The position numbers and the translations under genes were made by a program. Below the pieces are notes generated by a model. It ran no database searches. It had not been told where the DNA came from and worked only from the letters and a program-made list of their open reading frames with translations. From a virus (taxonomy: Duplodnaviria > Caudoviricetes): a stretch of DNA of 28,456 bases. This document shows, piece after piece, positions 10,801-19,048 of the stretch (its first letter is position 1; each line of letters opens with the position of its first letter). The stretch is taken from the IMG/VR virus record IMGVR_UViG_3300007542_000129, positions 1-28,456 of that record; one strand, written 5' to 3'.

Positions 10801-13800
10801 TTATGGATATAACTTAACTAATACAGACGGCACTAAGATTCTCATTACCCCTGATGACACGCAATATATTAATAACTACACCAATAAGAAAAAAGCCATT
10901 GAGTCAGCGAAGTATTACCGTGATCAGATGGTTAAAAACTTCGATAAGCTAATTGAAAACGCGCAAGCAAAGCTTCAGAAAGTCAAAGAAGACCACGCTG
11001 TAAACGCGAATCGAGCTGAGCGTAAACACGCAAACCTTCTTGATAAACACATGAAGGAAGAGCTTGCGATTATGAATCGCAAGATGAGTAACGCTCAAAA
11101 ACATTCAGAACATGCAATTAAAAAGGCCATGTTGTTGCTGAATATGTCAGCACAGATAGGCCACGAAGCGATGATAGATAGACGCTGGAGGTATCTTGGA
11201 GCGGCTCCAAAAGTTAGACGCAAGCAGCAGCGTAGAGCCAAGCTAGGATATTTTCAATCTATGCAGTCGTTACTCGCCCGTACTAGCGAACCGTTAGGCG
11301 CGTCTTTAAACGAGCTTACTTACTATAGAGAACGCAGGGACATAGCGGATGCTCAGGAAAAGTTGGACCAGTTACTTGCTGTAAAGAAAAAAGGTAAGCA
11401 GAAGCAATACGCTGAAAATATGTATCAACATGCTTTGGCGGCTATTGAGTATCAATTTGGAGAAGAAAATAAGTCCAATGTAAACGTGGCTCAGCAGGTT
11501 AATGACAAAATTATGGCCGCACCAGAGGCGGTTGAAACTAAACAGTTCGATGATGTGCTAAAGAGTAGCTCGCCTTCTGAAACTCAGGCGTGGATTGATG
11601 AGCAGTATCAGCGTGGGATTAAGTATGGCCCTTTAGCTTTTGTTAACACGGATAATTACTATCAGCTCTACAATGACCTTGCTTCCCGACTTATGGAGAT
11701 TAAAATTCAGCAGGAAGAAAAGGCTGCGGAGCATTATCGTAAAGTCGAACAGGATGCCAAAGCATTTCAAACTAAATTACGTCCCGGCCGCACGCACGAG
11801 AAACCTGTTGACCGTAAGAAAGTAAAAAGTACAACCCTTGAAGCCGCAGCAGCGAAAGATGCAATGCCAGAACAAGTTAAACTGCGTGCAGATTTCCAAG
11901 CTATTGCTAACAAGATTCTGGCTAATCTCGGTATCACTAGCATCAACTTAAAAGTTGTAGATTCTGCGGGTTTGATCTACGCAAGTCCTGTTTCTGAGGC
12001 CAAGATCAAGAGCGGCGCATTACAGGGTAAGGTAGCGTTTAACAAAGACGACACGTTAGCCGTTCTGTACGTAAACCCATTTATGACGAAAGCCGAACAG
12101 TATCGTTTCTTCGCACATGAGTTAGCGCACGTAATCGTAACTAAAGCTTTTGACAGTGCATCCTATAGTACCCAGAACGCAATCATCCGTGACTGGGAAC
12201 GCTGGTTAGAAATGTCTGGCGCTCCTAAAGAGCTGATTGAAGAAATAATTGCTAAACGCGAATTGGCTGATGCCGCTCACGGTGTTTACACTGGTACGTC
12301 AAAGCAAAAAATGCGTATTTACCAAGAGTATGCGCTATCTTTTGACGAGTATATGGCTGAACAGGTCGCTGACTGGTTACTTACTAACAAACGCCCGCAG
12401 TCAGTTGTAGATAAATTCTTTAAACAGATCGCTGCGGCTATCTCTTATCTGTGGCGATCTGTTGCTCAGAAGCCTACGCAAAACGTCGATGAATGGCTGA
12501 ACACCCTGTGGGATAAGCATCAGAACGCAGCATCTAAAGAAGCTGTTAAGGCTTATAGAGATGCTCGAGATGCCCGACTGAAAAAAGAAACTCTGACAAC
12601 TCGTAAGCGCAACGAGATTAAGAAACGTTATCAAGCTGCTTATGATGCGCTTGAGAAACTGGACACAGAAATTAGCCAGAATAAGCGCAATGTCCAAGAC
12701 CTTCGCAATGCGCAGATCAAGATCAACAAAATTGGCCGTACAACGATTGCTAAACTCATCAAGACAGCAAAAGAACGCGGTAAGAACGTAGCACAAGAAA
12801 TGCTTGCCGAAGAACTCGGTATTACTGACCTGAAATACATTCGTCAGCTCGCTCCATACCGTGAGATCGTTAATGCGATGGCAAGTAAGGATAGCAACAC
12901 TAAAGTTGTAGAGAAGATTGCTAGACAGTTAGTACAATATAACGCTCTGATTGAGAAAGCACGTAAAGTCGAAGAAGAGAAAGCACGTACTAAAGAAAGA
13001 CTGTACCGTGAGACAGCGCGGGCGCTCGAAGCAAAAGTTGAGTCCCATCTTGAAAAAGTCCGCACTCTACGTCGTCAGCAGATGGCACGCAAGGTACTGG
13101 CTCAACAGAACCGTAGCCATGAAGGGCAACAGACTTCAAGTAAGCCGAAGAAAACAAAGACCCCGGCTGATGTTACTGTGGCTCAAGCGGCTGAAGACAT
13201 TGGATATGATATTAAAGACATCCCTTGGATGGCTAATATCCTCAGTCAGAACGAAAAGCTACAGGCTCTCGGTTTCTTGGAAGCGTTTGATAATTTCCTT
13301 AAACCAGAAGAGCGTGAAATCATCCTGAAAGCGACTGATAGCTATTATGTTCGTCAGCAGCTAGAGCGTGCGTATAAGAATAGAAACCCACAGATTTTAC
13401 AAATTATTCGTACCGATCCACGCCGTGCAGCCGCGTATGCGTTCGTTCTTCACCGTCAAGGTAAATTAGATTTCGGACGTAAAGCAGGAAGCATTATCCA
13501 TAGAATCTTACGTTGGGTTGCTGACTTCTTCGGTATTGTTACTGTGTCTGACAATGCGGATCTGCTGTTTGCTTTTATGTCTGGGTACAATATGGATGTA
13601 CTGAACGCACGTACTGTAGATCCAGAAGTTCTGTTGTACATGCCGAAGCAGCTTGATCGTACTATGTCACAGAAAATGTTCAAAGCAGCTCGCCCAGTAT
13701 TTGAATCAGCAGGACGCTATTTAGGAAAAGTCGCGCTTCCAACAGCTATGCGGTTTAGTAAGAACCCGTATATTCAGCAGGCGCTTCGTCTCGTCTATGT

Positions 13801-15685
13801 AGATCAGTCCCGTGCATATCAACAATCTACGTTCCATGAAAATAAAGATATAGCTCTGGCCCGTTTAACAATGGGGTTAGAAAAGGCATTGGGTCCGTTA
13901 GTAGAAGACGAAGGCCGTATGCTTCAGCTTCTTCGCCACATGCAGAAAGGCACTAAATCTACCGATATGTATGTAGATGAGGGCATGCGTCGTGTACGTA
14001 AATGGCTGGATTCGATTGGTGGGTATGCAAAAACCCGTGGCGTTGATTTGAAATACCTGCATGAATACTTCCCACTGGTATTCGACGTGGGCCACATTCA
14101 GGCAAGACCTGAAGTGCTGGTTGATTTGATCGCCAAATATATGCCAGACAAGAAAATTCTGAAGGGAAAAACCAAACAGGAAACGGCCCAGATGATTGTG
14201 GATGCAATCATTATGAATGATGGTGCTACCGAGTTCGATTCAACTTCAGAACATGGAATGAAGAATCCTTACATGGATGCGTTCCACGAGCGTACATTGA
14301 AATGGTTAACTGACAACAAAGAAGCTCGCGCTAAATTAGCAGAGTTCCAGTCGGATAATTTGTTTCATGTCCTCGGAACGTACACCAGACAGGTTGTACG
14401 TAGATCTGAGTACGTTAATACCTTTGGCGAAAACGGGGCAAAATACTACGCTCTGCTCGAAAAAGCCCGTAAGAATGGCGCAACTGAGAACGAAATCCGT
14501 GAAGCGGAAGACTTTATGGATGGGATTTTGGGTCTGCGTTCTGTCGAATTCGTTAGAAAACATCCAAAATGGGCTAAAGCTATCGAGGCTATGAGCGTTT
14601 ATCAGGCAATGAGGACGCTAGGTACGGCTGTTTTTGCGTCCTTGGCAGATGTTGGAGGCCTGTACATGCGCGGCGGATTCCGTAACGCAACCGACGCAAT
14701 GATTAAAGGTCTGAGTTCTCAGGATTATCGGTACGCTGAAGACATCGGGGCGGTTGATCGTGCATTGACACAGGATCTTTTAGCCCAAGGGTTTGATACG
14801 TCCGGATTCACAGGGAAATCAGCCAAGGTAGCGGATTGGTTCTTTACGATTAACGGTATGGTGCACTGGACCAGAGCTACCCGTGCTATGGGAACTACCC
14901 TTGCTAACCGGATGTTTTACGCATGGTCTCAGGATCTCAATAACCCAGATGTACAGCGCAACATGGCTGAGATGGGGCTAAAACCAGAAGATCTGACATT
15001 CTACACTGTCGGGGAAGACCATTATCTGAGAACTCTGTCTGTACAGCGAGAAACTGAATACCGTATTAAGTTGAACGACCCGAACACGTCTGAGAAAGAC
15101 AAAGTGTGGTTAATGATTGCTTTGGAGAATAATGACCGTAGATTGTCAGCAATCAACCGGTTTGTGAACTCCTCTATTCTCCGCCCAGATTCTCCTTCCA
15201 GACCAAACTGGGCCAATGACCCTAGATACCACCTGTTTTTCCAGTTAAAGGGGTTTATGTACAAGTTTTGGGACGTTTATCATCGCCGCGTGTTCAACGA
15301 CATCATGTATTCAGACAAGTACAATTCGCTTGGCATGATGATGTTATTTGCCCCAATGTTCTTAATGTCCGAGGTTCTGAGGGATTTAGCTCAGCATTTC
15401 GGGGACGATCCACGCAAAGATAAATGGACAGCATTTGATCATGTATGGGAAGCAACAGAGCGCTCCGGTGTAATCGGACCGTTTGAATTCGCTACCCAAT
15501 TGGCAGACGACTTCAAGTATGGAAATATCCCCGGTGAGTCCCTGTCAGGGCCAACAGTTGAATGGGCGTTGGACTGGTTTAGGGCGGCTTCGGGTCAGCG
15601 CAGTGTTTCAACCCAGACATGGCGCTCTGTTCCGGGTCAATCACTGATTTATCCTGAATATAAGGCGTTATTTGGAAATGAATGA
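7832..15685 (+). CDS. Giant internal virion/ejected polyvalent protein with zincin-like metallopeptidase (HExxH) domain
   Basis: 2617 aa. Gly/Ala-rich hydrophobic N-terminal helices (GESVTEVAQ motif), coiled coils, FFAHELAHV at about 12107-12133 with downstream FDEYMAEQV..KFF, and a C-terminal RP..P.W.NDP..LFFQLKGF motif typical of large podovirus core proteins. Confidence 0.75.
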   Translation: MAGLRDLLNPQIADIKDEAQSVQSQYTPVPEFRPAAPLPMREAPPMNLRDGGYTPIAQEYDPQQPTGFAAGVTAGGEDIAGTANVLLGNAQLNMGFTDSAIESMNRASEYFQRSRGRLRGQSISDMNSIGDFSNALAEQAGRMLPTLVSAISGGGAFGAAAQNLLGSMAKKGMVKKGLQGLGAIEGSMLGEGSEYFANLTLKGSPERNAWEQQMGMSVDGDVATNAEGIAMTLSEQLGANMVAAHASGALNFMPLAGAIRKLPTKNGQQLFNDILRRATNTAVGESVTEVAQTAIEQSVAHYINTNRDLISDQNEEELLTAAALAFPLGFIGGGIGGGVRGMQDIVSREQQQLIDAQNAFAKAGKGPGILDDGYGGKEFTSESDYMDEAGYMYTGEDVPQSAMEDLGYVIDPETGDISYADSVEYTNPIELNTEGYQFGSLEEKQAYEQDLANRKFRTERAMQNLNIDPAVFGEGGPLQGVTVGGYPKTLNKEAPLKQNAITALDALKNAKATVEEIKTWGETLYQKMFDDTYEGRTQANRRQLEVNTQQLEPEISRIREIFREADLGQDSASLIRTRQLQSQIAKLKEKTFKDPNSHWAKKNSEKIAELEKQLGKEKKGNQISVNKALTLLNIEIDKNLAVAEQLLNNGTITRRQAEASVGGLSADELSNIRAAFGAQPDVETVELTDQQKQNLVRAIKKERERKSASKEDKLTYVKAMVNNDMATINNLAKNKSKALPFTSDAGRLLSSRGELIRRGQANAAKAKEATGLPSYEQLGGAEGVLSLFPVEANFTEEAMGITPDTVKLDSDEVYGVRKTAGGKHQTMVVGADEKNIDERYYVPARVRQEDGSFKPAKVNLLTVGQLSDTKFQAQQMQGATSQNRMKTVLDGMRAGVAALATDYGIQVNLETVLRDFPDTIVHKSGGRDVTIKQLAAVETAGTPTHKGTSIGQGSRSNEFLAGDREVLQGEGIEHVNRNDDEKNTPLYRDRYGYNLTNTDGTKILITPDDTQYINNYTNKKKAIESAKYYRDQMVKNFDKLIENAQAKLQKVKEDHAVNANRAERKHANLLDKHMKEELAIMNRKMSNAQKHSEHAIKKAMLLLNMSAQIGHEAMIDRRWRYLGAAPKVRRKQQRRAKLGYFQSMQSLLARTSEPLGASLNELTYYRERRDIADAQEKLDQLLAVKKKGKQKQYAENMYQHALAAIEYQFGEENKSNVNVAQQVNDKIMAAPEAVETKQFDDVLKSSSPSETQAWIDEQYQRGIKYGPLAFVNTDNYYQLYNDLASRLMEIKIQQEEKAAEHYRKVEQDAKAFQTKLRPGRTHEKPVDRKKVKSTTLEAAAAKDAMPEQVKLRADFQAIANKILANLGITSINLKVVDSAGLIYASPVSEAKIKSGALQGKVAFNKDDTLAVLYVNPFMTKAEQYRFFAHELAHVIVTKAFDSASYSTQNAIIRDWERWLEMSGAPKELIEEIIAKRELADAAHGVYTGTSKQKMRIYQEYALSFDEYMAEQVADWLLTNKRPQSVVDKFFKQIAAAISYLWRSVAQKPTQNVDEWLNTLWDKHQNAASKEAVKAYRDARDARLKKETLTTRKRNEIKKRYQAAYDALEKLDTEISQNKRNVQDLRNAQIKINKIGRTTIAKLIKTAKERGKNVAQEMLAEELGITDLKYIRQLAPYREIVNAMASKDSNTKVVEKIARQLVQYNALIEKARKVEEEKARTKERLYRETARALEAKVESHLEKVRTLRRQQMARKVLAQQNRSHEGQQTSSKPKKTKTPADVTVAQAAEDIGYDIKDIPWMANILSQNEKLQALGFLEAFDNFLKPEEREIILKATDSYYVRQQLERAYKNRNPQILQIIRTDPRRAAAYAFVLHRQGKLDFGRKAGSIIHRILRWVADFFGIVTVSDNADLLFAFMSGYNMDVLNARTVDPEVLLYMPKQLDRTMSQKMFKAARPVFESAGRYLGKVALPTAMRFSKNPYIQQALRLVYVDQSRAYQQSTFHENKDIALARLTMGLEKALGPLVEDEGRMLQLLRHMQKGTKSTDMYVDEGMRRVRKWLDSIGGYAKTRGVDLKYLHEYFPLVFDVGHIQARPEVLVDLIAKYMPDKKILKGKTKQETAQMIVDAIIMNDGATEFDSTSEHGMKNPYMDAFHERTLKWLTDNKEARAKLAEFQSDNLFHVLGTYTRQVVRRSEYVNTFGENGAKYYALLEKARKNGATENEIREAEDFMDGILGLRSVEFVRKHPKWAKAIEAMSVYQAMRTLGTAVFASLADVGGLYMRGGFRNATDAMIKGLSSQDYRYAEDIGAVDRALTQDLLAQGFDTSGFTGKSAKVADWFFTINGMVHWTRATRAMGTTLANRMFYAWSQDLNNPDVQRNMAEMGLKPEDLTFYTVGEDHYLRTLSVQRETEYRIKLNDPNTSEKDKVWLMIALENNDRRLSAINRFVNSSILRPDSPSRPNWANDPRYHLFFQLKGFMYKFWDVYHRRVFNDIMYSDKYNSLGMMMLFAPMFLMSEVLRDLAQHFGDDPRKDKWTAFDHVWEATERSGVIGPFEFATQLADDFKYGNIPGESLSGPTVEWALDWFRAASGQRSVSTQTWRSVPGQSLIYPEYKALFGNE

Positions 15686-15905
15686 CCTGCACCACAGACT
15701 GCAAAAATACCGGATTATCCCACTGATTGTCATAGCATTTATCCTGTGGATGACCTATGATTTCCATAAGTTTTATGTCGCTAACGCCTTGAAAATGGAG
15801 GACTTTCAAGTCGCCGGAGTCTTTGCTTATGCGGGGGTTCTGATCGGAGCAATTAAATTCCTTTTCGAGCACATTATCGCCAAGATTGAGAGAGATGATG
15901 ACTGA
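15678..15905 (+). CDS. Small 2-TM membrane protein, holin-like
   Basis: ATG at 15678 preferred over TTG at 15672. Hydrophobic segments IIPLIVIAFILWMTY and VAGVFAYAGVLIGAIKFLF, acidic C-terminus. First gene of the lysis region. Confidence 0.6.
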   Translation: MNDLHHRLQKYRIIPLIVIAFILWMTYDFHKFYVANALKMEDFQVAGVFAYAGVLIGAIKFLFEHIIAKIERDDD

Positions 15906-15918
15906 GGGACCCTTGTGA

Positions 15919-16287
15919 ATGTCTGATATACAGGATAATGTTAAAGTATTTGGTGTATCTAAAGGCGAATGGATAAAAGCATTCGTAGGGATAGCTTTTG
16001 CTTTTTTGACGCTCTATATCAGTCGAGAAATAGCCCCCCTGAAATACGCTATAGATGATTTACAGGAATGGCGTAAAAATGCAGACCATCGGCTTAACCA
16101 GCATGAGGTAGAGAAATCAGCGCATTTCGCCGGTGATTCTATGCAAGATCAGAAACTACGGCACATGGAACAAGATATTAAGAACCTTGTTACTAAAAGA
16201 GAAATAGAGATGCTGAAGGAGCGTATAAAGGAATATATACTTGAGTTAAAAGAGGACATTAAGGAAATTAGGAATGGTACACCTTAG
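15919..16287 (+). CDS. Single-TM coiled-coil protein (lysis region, hypothetical)
   Basis: GAGGG upstream; TM segment WIKAFVGIAFAFLTLYI followed by a charged heptad region. Confidence 0.65.
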   Translation: MSDIQDNVKVFGVSKGEWIKAFVGIAFAFLTLYISREIAPLKYAIDDLQEWRKNADHRLNQHEVEKSAHFAGDSMQDQKLRHMEQDIKNLVTKREIEMLKERIKEYILELKEDIKEIRNGTP

Positions 16288-16720
16288 TAGACACTTTTTT
16301 AGTTATTCCCCGTTCACGATTGACCCTATATGGGTTGTTGGCGGTATGACCGCCGGGATATTTCTTGGTGAGGGCCTTACTAGCATAGAAAGGCTGAGTA
16401 TGCTCACTTCGTGGTTTGTTACGATTGCCACAATATATTTTGGGTTGCGCATTATTTATTTGGCTTGGCGGTTTAGAGGGTGGGTTCTGATTTTTTCCGT
16501 CATAGCTACTTTTGTCGCCAATTTACTATTCAGCTTATCTGTTAAGCCAGAGTCAGTAGTCAATATGGTTTTTGACTTATCCACATTCCTAGCCCTATTA
16601 GCCTTAATGAAGTACGCCCAGATAGGCTACACTTTTCCATTTATAGGGAATCCAAAAATTTCTTGGTCGGATAAAACTTGTCCGACCTGTAATCAGCGTA
16701 TATTTGGGGCTGGGAAATGA
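16274..16720 (+). CDS. Hypothetical 4-TM membrane protein with C-terminal CxxC
   Basis: 148 aa, four hydrophobic stretches, CPTC near the C-terminus, AAGGA upstream. Confidence 0.6.
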   Translation: MVHLSRHFFSYSPFTIDPIWVVGGMTAGIFLGEGLTSIERLSMLTSWFVTIATIYFGLRIIYLAWRFRGWVLIFSVIATFVANLLFSLSVKPESVVNMVFDLSTFLALLALMKYAQIGYTFPFIGNPKISWSDKTCPTCNQRIFGAGK

Positions 16721-16754
16721 GGAAAAACGATGGCTTTTTGGGGGAGGGCTTTAG

Positions 16755-17282
16755 GTGGATTGGTTAGATATTCTGGGTTTGGGCGCTTCCGCTGCCTCTG
16801 GCGGTCTGTTTGGTGTGATTGGCTCAGCTTTTGGGGCATGGATGAAGCTGAAAGAACGGAAACAGAAAGCGATCGAGCAAAAGGAAGAACGGGACCACGA
16901 GTTGAAGCTGATCGAGCTTCAGATGCAGATGAAGAGTCAAGACGGCGCATGGAGCGGATTAACAACGTCCTTGCAGGCACAGGTGGAACTGGACAAGCAT
17001 CAGACAAACATGCCTTGGGTTGTAGCCATGAAAAGTCTGTTCCGCCCTTTCCTTACACTGTCTTTGTGGCTTGCCGTAATGTGGCTGACGTACCTTGTCC
17101 TCACGGGATCGCTACAGACCTATTCAGCCTTAGCATCATCGGATCAGACGATATTTACATCTGCCGAGATTGTGAGTCTTATAAAGTACGTTGTGTACTC
17201 GACCGTTTTTTCTGCGACGACTGCAACCACATGGTGGTTCGGCGAACGTGCACTCAGTTTACCGGAGATGAAAAATAGATGA
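16755..17282 (+). CDS. Putative holin (GTA-type 'holin of 3TMs'-like)
   Basis: GTG start with GGAGG at 16743-16747. Gly-rich hydrophobic N-terminus, charged linker, FRPFLT before a TM segment, and C-terminal WWFGER, matching the RP..T / WWFG.R pattern of this family. Confidence 0.7.
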   Translation: MDWLDILGLGASAASGGLFGVIGSAFGAWMKLKERKQKAIEQKEERDHELKLIELQMQMKSQDGAWSGLTTSLQAQVELDKHQTNMPWVVAMKSLFRPFLTLSLWLAVMWLTYLVLTGSLQTYSALASSDQTIFTSAEIVSLIKYVVYSTVFSATTATTWWFGERALSLPEMKNR

Positions 17283-17542
17283 GCGGGTTTACGGTAAAAG
17301 AGGCGGTAATCGGCCTTGGCGCGTTGTTTTTCGCCACTATTGCGTTTGCCTATAATTGGCAGGTTGAGCAAGATAAAGCCATGCAGACTTTTCAGTTACA
17401 GATTCAGAAACAGCAGCTTTTAAACGACCACTTACGGGAGACCCAGAGGCTTCTATCTGGGGCTGATGTCGTTACTCCAATGGCCGATAGGCATGAAGTA
17501 GAAACGACTCCGAGGATTATCGACAGTGCAGAAGATCAGTAA
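17279..17542 (+). CDS. Single-TM coiled-coil protein (i-spanin-like topology, unproven)
   Basis: ATGA overlap with the holin stop; TM segment AVIGLGALFFATIAFAY followed by a Q-rich helix. Confidence 0.55.
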   Translation: MSGFTVKEAVIGLGALFFATIAFAYNWQVEQDKAMQTFQLQIQKQQLLNDHLRETQRLLSGADVVTPMADRHEVETTPRIIDSAEDQ

Positions 17543-17747
17543 GTATTTCTGGAATGTTCTCATCTCCATCGACCAGATGGCGAATACGCTCATTGGCGGT
17601 GATCCCGATGAAACTATTAGCAGCCGTATGGGTAAGCGTGTTGATACTTGTCGCATCTGCTTTATTCTTTGCTATTGGCTCGATAAAGTGGACGATCGAC
17701 ACTGCCATAAATCGATTGAGGCCGATGAGGGATCGCGGGAGCTTTAG
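17526..17747 (+). CDS. Conserved small phage protein with Cys/His cluster
   Basis: GTG start with GAGGA upstream. YFWNVLISIDQMANTLIGGDPDETISSR..C..C..HC pattern is recognisable as a widespread phage hypothetical family. Confidence 0.7.
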   Translation: MQKISKYFWNVLISIDQMANTLIGGDPDETISSRMGKRVDTCRICFILCYWLDKVDDRHCHKSIEADEGSREL

Positions 17748-18089
17748 ATGAGTCAGTTGGATCAGGTGAATTTAGTGGCTTCTCTGAAGGACAAGGGACT
17801 CGATGACGTTGCTAGGCACACGTTCTCTGTAGTACACGACATGGATCAGCGCATTATTCGGATAATGCGCGAGCTTGAAACCCTCCGGAAAGAGATGGAT
17901 GAGGTAGCTAAAGCATTCCCAGATGCCGACATCCACGGACACCGCCTATATCACCAAAAGCTAATAAGAGAATCTTTTGCCGAAGAAAACATTAAAAGTT
18001 CGGTAAAAGCCGATATAATTACTAAAATTATACTGTTCGCAGTCGCCGCTATCGCCGCCGTGTTAGGGCTTAAAATAGGACTTGGGTAA
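17748..18089 (+). CDS. Coiled-coil protein with C-terminal TM (holin-like, hypothetical)
   Basis: AFPDADIHGHRLYH motif, C-terminal TM IILFAVAAIAAVLGL, and TAATG coupling to the endolysin. Confidence 0.6.
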   Translation: MSQLDQVNLVASLKDKGLDDVARHTFSVVHDMDQRIIRIMRELETLRKEMDEVAKAFPDADIHGHRLYHQKLIRESFAEENIKSSVKADIITKIILFAVAAIAAVLGLKIGLG

Positions 18090-18499
18090 TGACCCCAGCA
18101 GAATTTGAAATGATGCTCATCCGCCACGAGGGGATGGAGCTAAAACCTTATAAAGACACTGTTGGAAAGCTGACAATTGGCGTAGGACGAAACCTAGATG
18201 ATAGAGGAATCTCGGAGGAAGAGGCGATGTACCTTCTCCGAAACGATATTGAGATTCATGCGCGGGAGCTTGCAGATCGCTTCCCTGTTGTGCGTGATCT
18301 ATCTGGCGCTCGTTATTACGTCCTTGTTAATATGTGTTTTAATATCGGCATACACCGACTGGCCGGTTTCCAGCGCATGTGGGCGGCTATCGACCGCCAT
18401 GACTACGCTTCTGCTTCCCTAGAAATGCTCGACTCCAAGTGGGCGAAACAAGTCGGAAAACGGGCTGAAGAATTGGCTGAAATCATGCGGGTGGGCTGA
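18089..18499 (+). CDS. Endolysin, glycoside hydrolase family 24 (T4-lysozyme-like muramidase)
   Basis: HEGMELKPYKDTVGKLTIGVGRNL gives the E-X8-D-X5-T catalytic triad. Also LVNMCFNIG and EMLDSKWAKQVGKRA motifs. No signal or SAR segment. Confidence 0.93.
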   Translation: MTPAEFEMMLIRHEGMELKPYKDTVGKLTIGVGRNLDDRGISEEEAMYLLRNDIEIHARELADRFPVVRDLSGARYYVLVNMCFNIGIHRLAGFQRMWAAIDRHDYASASLEMLDSKWAKQVGKRAEELAEIMRVG

Positions 18500-19032
18500 T
18501 GTCTAAATGGAGTAATTTCGTTCAGTGTAGTTTACTGTCCAATATGTCGGTGGATGCTACATCGGCAATTGTGTCCGTTGCGCCCGCTGGATGGACAGAC
18601 GTACCGGACCCGGCAGGTGATATTGCGTACCTAACTTTATTGGATGATATAGCCGCCCCAACTAAGTTCGAGATTATTTCCTATACATCTCGTTCAGGCG
18701 TTGGTCCGTACACATTAGATGGTATTACTAGGGGTGAAGAAGGTACGACTCCGCTAGTTTGGTCCATAGGAAATGCTGTAATTCAGAACATAACAGCCAG
18801 TGCGCTAGTTGAGGCTCTTCAGTACGGGACATTAACCACCGGTAAAGGGTTAACGGGGGCTGAGACACCAGTTTCTCTCGGCGGAGATTTAAACATTTCT
18901 TTGTCTATTGAAGAGCTTGTTGCAAGTATAGTAAGTGATAGTGATTCAAACTACATCCCTATGTATACAGGCATACTCGATGATACAGTAAAGGTTCGCA
19001 TACGCGATATTGTAGACGGTGGTACATTTTAA
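18499..19032 (+). CDS. Tail fibre proximal/anchor protein (fibre A)
   Basis: N-terminal TL..EII.YT..TL..TRGEEGT..W..G..V...ITA pattern of phage fibre anchor domains. Ends in DGGTF. Confidence 0.7.
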   Translation: MSKWSNFVQCSLLSNMSVDATSAIVSVAPAGWTDVPDPAGDIAYLTLLDDIAAPTKFEIISYTSRSGVGPYTLDGITRGEEGTTPLVWSIGNAVIQNITASALVEALQYGTLTTGKGLTGAETPVSLGGDLNISLSIEELVASIVSDSDSNYIPMYTGILDDTVKVRIRDIVDGGTF

Positions 19033-19048
19033 TCTTTGGAGGTAGCCA

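Noticed and set aside
7832-15685. Virion RNA polymerase (N4- or crAss-like), suggested by size
   Set aside because: I found no DxDGD/DFDID motif and no convincing T7-type polymerase motifs. The motifs present fit an ejected polyvalent protein.
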